A stretch of 20,000 nt of DNA from an uncultured virus (IMG/VR IMGVR_UViG_3300032007_000033) (taxonomy: Duplodnaviria; Heunggongvirae; Uroviricota; Caudoviricetes), in IMG/VR virus record IMGVR_UViG_3300032007_000033, positions 115,410-135,409 of that record; one strand, written 5' to 3'. A program made the position numbers and the translations under genes. The first letter of the stretch is position 1; each line of letters starts with the position of its first letter. This document shows positions 9,229-17,861 of the stretch, in pieces. Below the pieces are notes generated by a model that saw only the letters and a list, made by a program, of their open reading frames with translations, ran no database searches and was not told the origin of the DNA.

Positions 9229-9447
9229 TTATTCCTCGTCTTTAACTTCTTCCGAAGTTTCGGTCTGTTCCTCAACCTTTTCTTCGATTACAGTTTCCTT
9301 CGTCTCAACCTTTTCTTCCTTTTTAGGCTCAACAATCGGAGTTTCCGCAACTTCCTCTTTTTCCACGATGGGAAGGGTGCTTGAGAAACTTACAACCTCT
9401 CCGTCCAAAGAAACTTTGTTGGTGTTCTTCATGAAATCATTAACCAT
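9229..9447 (-). CDS. small Glu-rich protein
   Basis: AAGGAGG RBS before ATG 9447 (MVNDFMKN...); acidic low-complexity tail. Confidence 0.7.
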   Translation of the reverse strand: MVNDFMKNTNKVSLDGEVVSFSSTLPIVEKEEVAETPIVEPKKEEKVETKETVIEEKVEEQTETSEEVKDEE

Positions 9448-9467
9448 TTTCCATTCCTCCTTAAAAA

Positions 9468-9806
9468 TTAATCTATATATCCAAAAGCCTTCATTCGACT
9501 CTCGACTTCCGCGGAATTCGAGCACATCACGACGAAATCGCTCAAGCCTCCGTCCGAAAAATAAACTCCTTCGTCTCCAAAATATACTTCCTCGAACGAT
9601 TCCGCAGAATACAAGACGAACTCGTTGTCTCCGTCGTTGAACGAAATGCTCTCCCCCTCAAACCCTTCGACCGCTTCCACTGTCGGCGACCATATGTTGG
9701 TTATGTTGCTCGATTCGTCGACATAGGAAACTCCGTCAACCTCGATTCCGTCGAATAAACTCAAAAACTCGCAATTTGTCATGTGTTTCGTGATTCTTTC
9801 GCTCAT
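9468..9806 (-). CDS. acidic hypothetical protein
   Basis: Likely start MSERITK at 9806, avoiding overlap with the upstream ORF. Confidence 0.7.
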   Translation of the reverse strand: MSERITKHMTNCEFLSLFDGIEVDGVSYVDESSNITNIWSPTVEAVEGFEGESISFNDGDNEFVLYSAESFEEVYFGDEGVYFSDGGLSDFVVMCSNSAEVESRMKAFGYID

Positions 9807-9820
9807 TTTGAATTCCCCAA

Positions 9821-10297
9821 TCAATCGATGAATTTCTTTCCGCCTTCCCAATAGTCGGAGGAAACCATCACTCCCACGGTGAACCTTCCTTCGAAATTGA
9901 GGGAAACTTGCTTGGCAACTTTGGCGCACTTGGAGTAACTTTCGAATTCATTGATTTGTCCGCACATCTCGTCGCCGACTTGAACGCCTTCGTCCAAGTC
10001 CATCACATAAAACATCGCTCCGACGGAAGCGGATTCCTTGATTTCCTCGCCTTTGAACAACTTTGTTTCCACTTCATCTATAAATTTGTATAGAGTTTCC
10101 CTCATCTCGTCGTCCAACGGCAAGGTCTCCACTATGTCGTCCGCCACAGACTCGATTTCGTCGAAGGGGTATTGGGGCTTCGTTCCTTTCTTCAAGTTCT
10201 TCGCCACCTCCTCAAGAATTTGGCAGTCCACTATCACAAAGTCTTCGTCCGTGTGGCTATAGGCGAAATCAATCACTTCCTTGATTCCCATAATCAA
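9821..10297 (-). CDS. hypothetical protein
   Basis: 158-aa acidic ORF packed in the operon. Confidence 0.75.
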   Translation of the reverse strand: MIMGIKEVIDFAYSHTDEDFVIVDCQILEEVAKNLKKGTKPQYPFDEIESVADDIVETLPLDDEMRETLYKFIDEVETKLFKGEEIKESASVGAMFYVMDLDEGVQVGDEMCGQINEFESYSKCAKVAKQVSLNFEGRFTVGVMVSSDYWEGGKKFID

Positions 10298-10573
10298 CTA
10301 CCTCGCGAGATAAAAGCCTAGAACATCGGCTCTGAACGAATATGTGGCCTTGAGTTGCAAAATGTTGTCGTTAGCCAAACAAACTTCAATCAAGCCGTCG
10401 TAAGCCCAAACATGTTGAACCTCCAACTTGGCCACAGAAACAATGTCCTCTATGAGGTTTTCCAAATCATTGATGTATTTTATCTTTTTAAAATCCGACT
10501 CCAAATCCGCCAAATTCTCGTCGTAACATTTGAAATCTTCAAATTTAATGTCTTGATTGTAAAGTTTCATCAC
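10298..10573 (-). CDS. hypothetical protein
   Basis: 91 aa, AAGGAGG RBS. Confidence 0.75.
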   Translation of the reverse strand: MMKLYNQDIKFEDFKCYDENLADLESDFKKIKYINDLENLIEDIVSVAKLEVQHVWAYDGLIEVCLANDNILQLKATYSFRADVLGFYLAR

Positions 10574-10592
10574 GCTCTATCCCTCCTTAAAA

Positions 10593-10961
10593 TCAACTAG
10601 CCTTCTTTGTCCAAGTCACATTGATTGTGATGTCGCCCTTGATTGGGTTCTCGCAGTCTTCCGTGACAATTGACTCATTGTATCTATAAGTGGGGTAGTA
10701 GTCCGTCACGCTTAAATCCTTCTCGTGAATCGCGTTGCCGATTGTCTCGAACGGTTGGGCGGTGTATGTGGCGCTAGTTCCTCCGTTGTCCGAATTGGTG
10801 AAAGTCACCGTGAATGTGGTCGGAGTGGGGGTTGTGTTGGGAACTCCGCCACACATGAGGGTTTGGGCGTCGTTGGCGAAGTTTCCTCTGAAAGTGGTGT
10901 ATGAATATCCGTGTCCGTTCATTCCTTCCTTGTTGTCGTTCAAATTGAAATTGTTGGGCAT
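10593..10961 (-). CDS. probable virion accessory protein with a Pro/Thr linker and small beta domain
   Basis: PNTTPTPTT linker, then FTVTF...DITINVTW resembling InlB B-repeat-like domains; AGGAG RBS; TTAACTATTTTA motif upstream. Confidence 0.55.
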   Translation of the reverse strand: MPNNFNLNDNKEGMNGHGYSYTTFRGNFANDAQTLMCGGVPNTTPTPTTFTVTFTNSDNGGTSATYTAQPFETIGNAIHEKDLSVTDYYPTYRYNESIVTEDCENPIKGDITINVTWTKKAS

Positions 10962-11027
10962 AATTTTGTCTCTCCTAATGAATAAATTTTGATAAAATAG
11001 TTAAAAATTCATTGCTCAATCTAGTGG

Positions 11028-11354
11028 AACGGCTTTAATGAGTTTAAATTTGCCAACGACCAAAACGAATTAAGCGAGTGGTATGACTTCTACACCTACA
11101 ACAACGATTCTTGGGTTATGACTTCCGCTCCTTATGATGGATTTATAACCGCTATATCTAGAGGAAGTAATGGAGCAAGCATTAACATTTTTGTAAATGA
11201 TATAATTATAGCCGCCAATTCAAACGCAGATTATGGAATAAATGGTCAAGGTGAAGTTGCGTTTAGAAAGGGTGATAAGTTAGAGATTACTAGTTCTTTT
11301 AGGGATAAAGGTTACATCTGTTTCTACGAAAAGCGCGACTACTCCAACCGATAA
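11028..11354 (+). CDS. silent variable C-terminal cassette 1 (family A)
   Basis: Frame opens at the site: NGFNEFKFANDQNELSEW...PYDGF...FRKGD...YEKRDYSNR; no RBS/ATG. Confidence 0.88.
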   Translation, partial: NGFNEFKFANDQNELSEWYDFYTYNNDSWVMTSAPYDGFITAISRGSNGASINIFVNDIIIAANSNADYGINGQGEVAFRKGDKLEITSSFRDKGYICFYEKRDYSNR

Positions 11355-11366
11355 TCATTCAAGTGG

Positions 11367-11714
11367 AACGGTCATTATGAGTTATTGAAAATCACCACCG
11401 ATGAACAATGGACAGGTCGCTATTGGAACGATGGAAAGAAAATTTATACAAGAATGATATCCAACACAAAATCCTTTATGTATCATTCTTTTGTCGAATT
11501 ATTTTCATATTCAGATTATAATATAGATACATTAATCTCAGTTCAAGAAACTCCTTTTTCTAATAATATAGATAGTTATTTCTTTAAATGTAACGCTTAT
11601 GGATTTGATGTATCATTTGATAGGAAAGTTAGAGCGTGGAACACTTACACAGGTGGTTCTACAGTAACTAAATCATACATATTAATTATTGAATACACCA
11701 AAACATCTTCCTAA
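11367..11714 (+). CDS. silent cassette 2 (family B)
   Basis: NGHYELLKITTDEQWTGRYWNDGKKIY...IEYTKTSS. Confidence 0.88.
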   Translation, partial: NGHYELLKITTDEQWTGRYWNDGKKIYTRMISNTKSFMYHSFVELFSYSDYNIDTLISVQETPFSNNIDSYFFKCNAYGFDVSFDRKVRAWNTYTGGSTVTKSYILIIEYTKTSS

Positions 11715-11722
11715 TTTAGCGG

Positions 11723-12049
11723 AACGGATGGAATGAGTTCGTTAATAATTGCGAGTTAAGCGAGTGGGAAGAGATTTCACTGAGCACTAACTCAAGCAAT
11801 CCAACCGTTATGACTTATGACGGATTCTTAATTGTAAGAAGTCCGAGTGGCTCAGGTGGCACTATATATGTTAATGGGTCTCCTATTGCTAATGCAACAC
11901 ATAGCGGGTACGGCGGAACGACATATGAAGGTTCAAGCGCAACTATACCTGTTAAGAAAAACGACGAAATATACAAGATTGTTGGAATGGGGGATACAAA
12001 TCCATCCTTTGTGGCCTACTACAAGAAACGCGACTACTCAAACAGATAA
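11723..12049 (+). CDS. silent cassette 3 (family A)
   Basis: NGWNEFVNNCELSEWEEISLSTNSSNPTVMTYDGF...YYKKRDYSNR. Confidence 0.88.
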   Translation, partial: NGWNEFVNNCELSEWEEISLSTNSSNPTVMTYDGFLIVRSPSGSGGTIYVNGSPIANATHSGYGGTTYEGSSATIPVKKNDEIYKIVGMGDTNPSFVAYYKKRDYSNR

Positions 12050-12062
12050 CTCACTCTAACGG

Positions 12063-12371
12063 AACGGCTTTAATGAGTTCGTGAATAACTGCGAGTTGGG
12101 AGAGTTGGAAGATATAAGCATTCCAACAAGTCCGATAACCATAATGCTTTATGACGGAGTTTTTTTAGGCACTGCTAGTTCCACAGAACCTTATGTAATA
12201 GACATTTTAGATGAAAACAATCAAATAATATTCGCTTGTATAGGTGGAGGAAGTTGGGGAGACACTTTCACTTTTCCTTTTAACAAAGGGGATAGAATGC
12301 GATTAAGGCAAGGTACTCCACTCTATAAAAAAGTTCGTTACTACAAAAAACGAGATTATTCCAACCGATAA
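12063..12371 (+). CDS. silent cassette 4 (family A)
   Basis: NGFNEFVNNCELGEL...MLYDGV...YYKKRDYSNR. Confidence 0.88.
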   Translation, partial: NGFNEFVNNCELGELEDISIPTSPITIMLYDGVFLGTASSTEPYVIDILDENNQIIFACIGGGSWGDTFTFPFNKGDRMRLRQGTPLYKKVRYYKKRDYSNR

Positions 12372-12383
12372 TCGTTATAGCGG

Positions 12384-12668
12384 AACGGCTACAACAATCA
12401 ACAATGGGTTCCTGATTACAGCAACTTATTGAATCCAGGTTCAACATCTTTTCCGTATACAGCGTCAGAAGATTGTTTCGTGATGTATTTTTGGGGTGTA
12501 AATGGTCAGTTGAAGATAGACGGAAATGCTGTTTCATGTTATACATCGCCAAGCGGCGTGTCCAATACAGTATTTTTTGGCTTTGTGCGTAAGGGGTCTG
12601 TTTTATCGACCTCAGCATCGAGCTTATCAAACGACCAGTTCCGAGTTTTTGGCTTGAGCAAAGTGTGA
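12384..12668 (+). CDS. silent cassette 5 (family A-like, PDY subtype)
   Basis: NGYNNQQWVPDYSNLLNPGSTSFPYTASEDCF...VRKGS. Confidence 0.85.
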   Translation, partial: NGYNNQQWVPDYSNLLNPGSTSFPYTASEDCFVMYFWGVNGQLKIDGNAVSCYTSPSGVSNTVFFGFVRKGSVLSTSASSLSNDQFRVFGLSKV

Positions 12669-12707
12669 TTTTGAAAAAAAGATATTTTAGCTGCCTAAAC
12701 ATAGAAT

Positions 12708-13031
12708 TTAGGCGGTAGGAACAGATTTATAACCAATGGTTCTCCAATTACCTGATAAACCTGCGGGGCCAAACATTCTAAATCCTGTCGTCTTTTTATA
12801 ATAATAGGCAAGATTATACCAAGGTCCACCCATACTATTACCTGAATCTGTCATAATGGACATAGAAACATTATAATTTATGTCGTCATACTCCAAAGGT
12901 AAAACTATATCGCTACCAACAGACGCGGTATTCCATTGTTCAAGCCTTCCATCTTCATACCAAATATACGATGGAGTTCCGTCATGGTTTATTGAAATTT
13001 GGTGTATTTTATTTCTGTCATTATATCCGTT
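12708..13031 (-). CDS. silent cassette 6 (family C, gp53-like tail-fibre tip)
   Basis: NGYNDRNKIHQISINHDGTPSYIWYEDGRLEQWNTASVGSDIVLPLEYDD...WRTIGY. Confidence 0.85.
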   Translation of the reverse strand, partial: NGYNDRNKIHQISINHDGTPSYIWYEDGRLEQWNTASVGSDIVLPLEYDDINYNVSMSIMTDSGNSMGGPWYNLAYYYKKTTGFRMFGPAGLSGNWRTIGYKSVPTA

Positions 13032-13047
13032 CCGTTAGAGTGAGCGA

Positions 13048-13362
13048 TTATTTATGCGGAACAAAAAACACTCCGTGTATTGGCATACCCGTTTGAGGAC
13101 GGTAATTTGTCATAACAACAGTATCGCCTTTATTAACCTTAAACATACAATTCAAAAATGTTTCATAATAATTATTTGTGGAACTTGCGCAAAGAACATA
13201 CACACCGTTTATCTGTAAATGCGTGTTAGCATAAGCAGCAACCATACCGCACAATTCTATCCACCCATTGTCAAGAACGGTATAATTGCTCAAATCCGAT
13301 TCAGAAATTTCCGTTCTGTTTGTGTAATCAGGGTTGTTAAATCCTATCTCATCATAGCCGTT
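13048..13362 (-). CDS. silent cassette 7 (family A-like, PDY subtype)
   Basis: NGYDEIGFNNPDYTNRTEISESDLSNYTVLDNGW...VNKGDTV...FFVPHK. Confidence 0.85.
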   Translation of the reverse strand, partial: NGYDEIGFNNPDYTNRTEISESDLSNYTVLDNGWIELCGMVAAYANTHLQINGVYVLCASSTNNYYETFLNCMFKVNKGDTVVMTNYRPQTGMPIHGVFFVPHK

Positions 13363-13375
13363 CCGCTAGAGTGAG

Positions 13376-13705
13376 TTATCTGTTAGAGTAGTCGCGCTTC
13401 TTGTAGTAACGAACTAGAGTATTTCGAATGTATCTATCAAGTGAACAATAAATTGTGTCGCCTTTTTTAATAGCGAGTTGAAGGAAATATCCGTAACGAG
13501 GTGAATCAGAAGCAAACATATAAGTCAACGCTTTCCCATTAATAACCAATTTGTATTCCCCACTGTTATCACCTTCTCCCTTTATACAGTCGAAAGTAAT
13601 GAATCCATCATAATCCATCACAGTCGGATTGTTGGAGTCTGTTGATAGAGTTATTGTTTCCCAATCGCTTAATTCACAGTTATTCACGAAGTCGTTATAG
13701 CCGTT
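13376..13705 (-). CDS. silent cassette 8 (family A)
   Basis: NGYNDFVNNCELSDW...MDYDGF...YYKKRDYSNR. Confidence 0.88.
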   Translation of the reverse strand, partial: NGYNDFVNNCELSDWETITLSTDSNNPTVMDYDGFITFDCIKGEGDNSGEYKLVINGKALTYMFASDSPRYGYFLQLAIKKGDTIYCSLDRYIRNTLVRYYKKRDYSNR

Positions 13706-13716
13706 CCGTTAGAATA

Positions 13717-14028
13717 TCACAGATTTCCTTTTACGAAAATCGAAGCTTCTACTTGCAATTTTCCGTTTCCACTATCTCCATATTGTCCATCCCAAATCTT
13801 AAAACTACTTGTTGTCACTGTTCCGATGTTAGTATGATAAGTTCCATTTCGTGCAGAATTTCCCATAGTAAGAATGACAGGTATTGAAGAATATGTTTTA
13901 GGATAATTGACGATTGCCGTTCCAATAGGAGCGGTTCCTCGAAATTCAAGAACACCGTCTATTTCTTCGCAATACAAAGTAAAACTATTGGTGCTTGTAT
14001 CACTCCAACGCTTTACATAATGACCGTT
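13717..14028 (-). CDS. silent cassette 9 (family C)
   Basis: NGHYVKRWSDTSTNSFTLYCEEIDGVLEFRG...VNYPKTYSSIPVI...IFVKGNL. Confidence 0.85.
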   Translation of the reverse strand, partial: NGHYVKRWSDTSTNSFTLYCEEIDGVLEFRGTAPIGTAIVNYPKTYSSIPVILTMGNSARNGTYHTNIGTVTTSSFKIWDGQYGDSGNGKLQVEASIFVKGNL

Positions 14029-14040
14029 CCACTTGAATGA

Positions 14041-14349
14041 TTATCGGTTGGAGTAGTCGCGTTTCTTGTAAAAGCGGACTCTTGAATACAGACTTCCTGA
14101 ATGGACTATTCGGATTCCATCATTTTTTATGAATGGAATGAAACCAAAACCTGTTCCTCCTTCTGGTCTATTGTCGCTAATTTCATTGCCATTGACAAAA
14201 ATTTTTAAGGTGGATGAACTTGATTGCGAAGTAAAACATAGCAAGAAACCATCATAACTCATAACAGTCGGATTATTTGGGTCTGTGCTTATAGATATGT
14301 TTTCCCACTCGCTCAACTTGCAATTATTAACAAAATCATTGTAGCCGTT
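14041..14349 (-). CDS. silent cassette 10 (family A)
   Basis: NGYNDFVNNCKLSEW...MSYDGF...FYKKRDYSNR. Confidence 0.88.
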   Translation of the reverse strand, partial: NGYNDFVNNCKLSEWENISISTDPNNPTVMSYDGFLLCFTSQSSSSTLKIFVNGNEISDNRPEGGTGFGFIPFIKNDGIRIVHSGSLYSRVRFYKKRDYSNR

Positions 14350-14398
14350 CCCCTAAATTAAATAACGAAATTTCGGCTATAAAAAATTCAAAAAAGTA

Positions 14399-14427
14399 TT
14401 GATTTTTAACCGCCCTAGATGTAAAAT
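14399..14427 (+). promoter_or_regulatory. probable sigma70-type promoter
   Basis: TTGATT, 17 bp, TAAAAT, upstream of the AAGGAG RBS and ATG 14462. Confidence 0.6.
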
Positions 14428-14461
14428 CGCATCCAAACAATACATATGCAAGGAGAAATAT

Positions 14462-15559
14462 ATGAAAATTTCAACAAAACCCTTTTTGGAAAATCTGAAG
14501 TCAATCAACAATGTGGTTTCTGATTTCGTCTACATCGATTGCACCGACGCGTCGAACTACGCGTTCTATGTGTCCACAGACACCCAAGCGATGAAAATTC
14601 CGCTTGAGATTTCCGATGTTTCGGATGAGGAAAAACAAGTCTATGTAATCAACAAGGTCGAATTCATCCACTTGGTTTCCTACGCCAAGGAATTTGTGGA
14701 GTTGAATGCGGACTATTCTTACGAAGCCAATGATGGTCAAGTGAAGGGAAAATTCGAAAAAAACGAGGGCTACTCCGACGAATTGGAGTCTAGGAAAGTC
14801 CTTTTTGACAACGAAAGCGAATACAAAGATTTCATGGAAGTTACTCCATCAATAATGAACGCAATCACAAGCGGTGGAATTTTCGTATCGCCTGACTCAA
14901 TCAAGCCGTCTGAAAGATTCTTGGACATTCAACACTCAAAAGTTTTCTCATATTCAAACTACAAAATTTACATGGACGGCATCGACATGGATGAGGAAAA
15001 AGAAGGCCTTTTGTCAATCGAAGTCTTGAAATCAATCCAATCGTTGGGAATCGGAGCGGTGGTCAAGAGCAACAACGACTCGTATCTCTGCACCAACGCG
15101 CAAAGAAGCATTTTCGAGTATTTCTCGACTCCCAATGATGTGGACTTTCATCCGCTTTTTTCGGAAGGATTCCAAAACAAACTAAAGGAAACCAAATCTT
15201 TCAACAAAATCGAGTTCAACATCGAGGAATTGAAGGCCAAATTAGACTACCTCTCGTTCTACGCCAACAAAAACCCCAACAAAATGTGCTTCTTGAACGC
15301 CAAAAAAGACGGAAAATTTTTCATTTCCACGGATGAAAACACCTTCGTGGAGGTTTCCGCCAAAATCGAAAAAAAGGAGCAATTCGAGGACATGTCGGTT
15401 CCAGTGGATTGCTCTTCAATGCAGTTGATTTTGTCAAAGGTCGGCAAGGAAGCGGAAGTTTGGAACATGTACATTTCAAACGACCCTTCCAAGAAACTCA
15501 TCGTCACCACATTTGGAGACACGGAAGAAACCGTAATCTTGGCCAAACTCAATGTTTAA
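14462..15559 (+). CDS. 365-aa protein, possibly a divergent DNA polymerase beta sliding clamp
   Basis: Start at ATG 14462 (AAGGAG RBS). Length, acidity and segments (MKISTKPFLENLKSI, IEFNIEELKAKL, VPVDCSSMQLIL, C-terminal TVILAKL) echo the DnaN layout. The CDS is solid; the function is tentative. Confidence 0.5.
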   Translation: MKISTKPFLENLKSINNVVSDFVYIDCTDASNYAFYVSTDTQAMKIPLEISDVSDEEKQVYVINKVEFIHLVSYAKEFVELNADYSYEANDGQVKGKFEKNEGYSDELESRKVLFDNESEYKDFMEVTPSIMNAITSGGIFVSPDSIKPSERFLDIQHSKVFSYSNYKIYMDGIDMDEEKEGLLSIEVLKSIQSLGIGAVVKSNNDSYLCTNAQRSIFEYFSTPNDVDFHPLFSEGFQNKLKETKSFNKIEFNIEELKAKLDYLSFYANKNPNKMCFLNAKKDGKFFISTDENTFVEVSAKIEKKEQFEDMSVPVDCSSMQLILSKVGKEAEVWNMYISNDPSKKLIVTTFGDTEETVILAKLNV

Positions 15560-15566
15560 ATTGACG

Positions 15567-15598
15567 AAAGGCGGTCTTTTTATGAGACCGTCTTTTTT
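15567..15598 (+). terminator. intrinsic terminator
   Basis: AAAGGCGGTCT-loop-AGACCGTCTTTTTT. Confidence 0.8.
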
Positions 15599-15673
15599 AA
15601 ATTTAACTATATAAAATGGAAAGGCCGAATTCACGATTCGGCCAATTCATCAAACTATAATAGAGGTTATAGA

Positions 15674-16873
15674 ATGACTAAGAAAATAGTTAAGAAATGC
15701 GAAGAAATTAAAATCTCAAAATTAAAAATAAACAACAAGTTAAAGAATGTGCAATTTTTATTGAAGAAAGAAGTGTTTGAACGGATGTGCGTAATATCCG
15801 ACTCTTGCTCCGACTTGTCGATGGCGTATGTTCCTTGGGTAGGAAAGATAGCCACGATAAAGAAGTCTGACGGAAAGAAAGAGGATGTATGTTTCCTTGA
15901 GCCTTGCGCGGAAAACAACTACGCGGACATCTCGTTCTTCGACGGAACGAAATACAAAAACTTCAAGGCTTGCCGAGTTAGAACATTGGAATCCGTTCCG
16001 ATGGACGGAAGCCTTCTCACATACTCGAAAGGAACAATCTCAGACTCCAACTTTTTTGTTTTCTATAGCGTCATTCCTAGCGAAATGGGAAAAATTTTGA
16101 TGATGACCGCCAAGACTTATGAATTCTTGACATCCAACAACTTCAACAAGCATATTAGAATGTTTAACATCAATGACGCGGACAAGGTGAAGAAGGCGTT
16201 TAATTTGTCCGACCGACAAATGATTTCAATCGACTTCTCCAAGGAATTTACAATGCGAGGGGACGAGAGAAAGAACGCAAGCGACAAAAGAAACGCTTGC
16301 TTGAAAACCCTCGCCTTGATGAAAAAAATCGACGAACGAAAGCCTTGCTCCAACTTGCGCACTCACTACGGACTCCAATACTCTGCGTTCAACTTGATGA
16401 GCGGAGAGATTCGACAGTTCCGCGACGCGGTCGCTAGAAACAATTTCTTTGATTCGTTGAACATGAAACTCGCGGACAACCACAACATTCTCTTGAATTG
16501 CAAAAACATGAGAAAAATCGTCGAGGGCGATAAAGTCGAGTCATTTAGGGCGAACATATTTGAGAGCGGTTGGGTAGTGTGTGAGTACATCGCGGATATC
16601 GTTGAGTTAGCCAAGTTCGTGAAATCATTGGTCATGAAATTGCTCGAAAAATCCAAGAGAACCGCCAAAAAGTTGCGCGAGATTTTCTCGAAAGCCAAGA
16701 AAAATTTCTTCAACATAATCAACAAAATTATAGACACTACAACCAAGATGAAATTCAATCTGCGGAAAAAATTCTCGTTCGCTAGAACTATGAAACTCTT
16801 GGAGACTGTTGTCGACGAAAAATCGCATCCTCTAAATTTCAAACTCAAACTCAAATTCAACAATTTGTGTTGA
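15674..16873 (+). CDS. basic hypothetical protein (399 aa)
   Basis: Long ORF with GAGG RBS and a Lys/Arg-rich C-terminus; no family recognised. Confidence 0.75.
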   Translation: MTKKIVKKCEEIKISKLKINNKLKNVQFLLKKEVFERMCVISDSCSDLSMAYVPWVGKIATIKKSDGKKEDVCFLEPCAENNYADISFFDGTKYKNFKACRVRTLESVPMDGSLLTYSKGTISDSNFFVFYSVIPSEMGKILMMTAKTYEFLTSNNFNKHIRMFNINDADKVKKAFNLSDRQMISIDFSKEFTMRGDERKNASDKRNACLKTLALMKKIDERKPCSNLRTHYGLQYSAFNLMSGEIRQFRDAVARNNFFDSLNMKLADNHNILLNCKNMRKIVEGDKVESFRANIFESGWVVCEYIADIVELAKFVKSLVMKLLEKSKRTAKKLREIFSKAKKNFFNIINKIIDTTTKMKFNLRKKFSFARTMKLLETVVDEKSHPLNFKLKLKFNNLC

Positions 16874-17145
16874 GAAAACGATTTAATTTTCATCTAATTT
16901 CCAATCTTCTCTCTTCCATTCTTTAAAGAATCATTTTAAAGTTCGTCTCAATCATATGAAAAATTCTTTCAATTTCATTGAATAAATTTTTTTCTTTTGA
17001 ATTTTAAAGAAAAAATAATAAATTTTATTTTAAAAATTCTTTTTCTTTAAAAATTTTTTAACAATATAAGATACCTTGCTAATTAAAAATCCATTTTTCT
17101 TTTCATTTTTTCAAGAAAATTTAAAGAAAAAAATGAAATTTTAAA

Positions 17146-17766
17146 TTAGCGGAGTATCTTTTTAGGCTTCTTCATTTTAGAAAAATAAACAATGAATCTT
17201 TTCATCGTATTCCACCTTACATTATAAAACTTGGCCAAGGAATTCACGCTCTCGCCTTCCTTAAATCTTCTCATTATCTCTTTTTGGTAGGGTCGGAGTT
17301 TCACTCCGTAGACGATTTCTCCCTTCTGTCGTCCTATCTTCTTTCCGTTCTTCCTAGCGACTGCCAATCCTAATTTGGTTCTCTCGGATATCAAATCGCG
17401 TTCTATTTGGGCGGAAAGTCCGAACGCAAACAACATTACTGTGGCGGTAATATTGCTTTTATCCAATGGGTTTAAGTCAAAATTGTTCTTGATTGCTATG
17501 ATTCTGACTCCTCTTTCCGCTATTTTGCTTACAATTTCGAACACCATTTTAAAACTTCTTCCCAATCGCGAAATTTCAGTCATGACCAATACATCGCCTT
17601 CTTGCAATTGTTGAATCAGTTGGCCTAAAAGCCTTTTGTGATAGTCAACAGTTCCGCTTTTCTTCTCGTAAACCCATTTGTCGATTTTAAATTTTTCGGA
17701 AATTGCGTCTTGTTGATTTTCAAGATTTTGTTCTTGAGTTGACACTCTTAAATAACCGTAGTTCAT
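17146..17766 (-). CDS. serine recombinase (resolvase/invertase family); putative shufflon invertase
   Basis: YGYLRVST (catalytic Ser), EKKSG, GDVLVMTEISRLGRS, AQIERDLISERTKLGLAVARKNGKKIGR, C-terminal HTH (SVNSLAKFYNVRWNTM); AGGAG RBS. Confidence 0.95.
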   Translation of the reverse strand: MNYGYLRVSTQEQNLENQQDAISEKFKIDKWVYEKKSGTVDYHKRLLGQLIQQLQEGDVLVMTEISRLGRSFKMVFEIVSKIAERGVRIIAIKNNFDLNPLDKSNITATVMLFAFGLSAQIERDLISERTKLGLAVARKNGKKIGRQKGEIVYGVKLRPYQKEIMRRFKEGESVNSLAKFYNVRWNTMKRFIVYFSKMKKPKKILR

Positions 17767-17795
17767 GTAAAACTCCTTTTTAATTGATTGACAAT

Positions 17796-17836
17796 CTTAT
17801 ACAATATATTTTTATTTTTGTCAAGTAAAATTATCA
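17796..17836 (-). promoter_or_regulatory. invertase promoter
   Basis: TTGACA (17824-17819), 17 bp, TATAAG; 21-bp block identical to 4666-4686. Confidence 0.7.
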
Positions 17837-17861
17837 TTTTTTTTTATATCCAATCTAGTCG

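Larger units (their letters stand above)
11016..14361. repeat. shufflon array 1: ten 26-bp crossover sites
   Basis: + sites at 11016, 11355, 11711, 12051, 12372; - sites at 13018-13043, 13349-13374, 13692-13717, 14015-14040, 14336-14361. Consensus TCAnTCTAGCGG-AA-CGGCTATAATGA, an imperfect dyad. Confidence 0.95.

Noticed and set aside
10738..10763. Extra GAACGG hits (10750, 7725, 8003, 15779 and about 19584)
   Set aside because: They lack the dyad arms (TCA..TAG / ..TGA) and lie inside ordinary genes
6850..10992. Plus-strand ORFs such as 6850-7506, 9131-9640 and 10735-10992
   Set aside because: Antisense to RBS-bearing minus-strand genes, with no recognisable motifs
11016..14361. CRISPR array interpretation of the regularly spaced repeats
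   Set aside because: The intervals are about 300-370 bp open reading frames, the repeats are degenerate and in both orientations, and no cas genes are present
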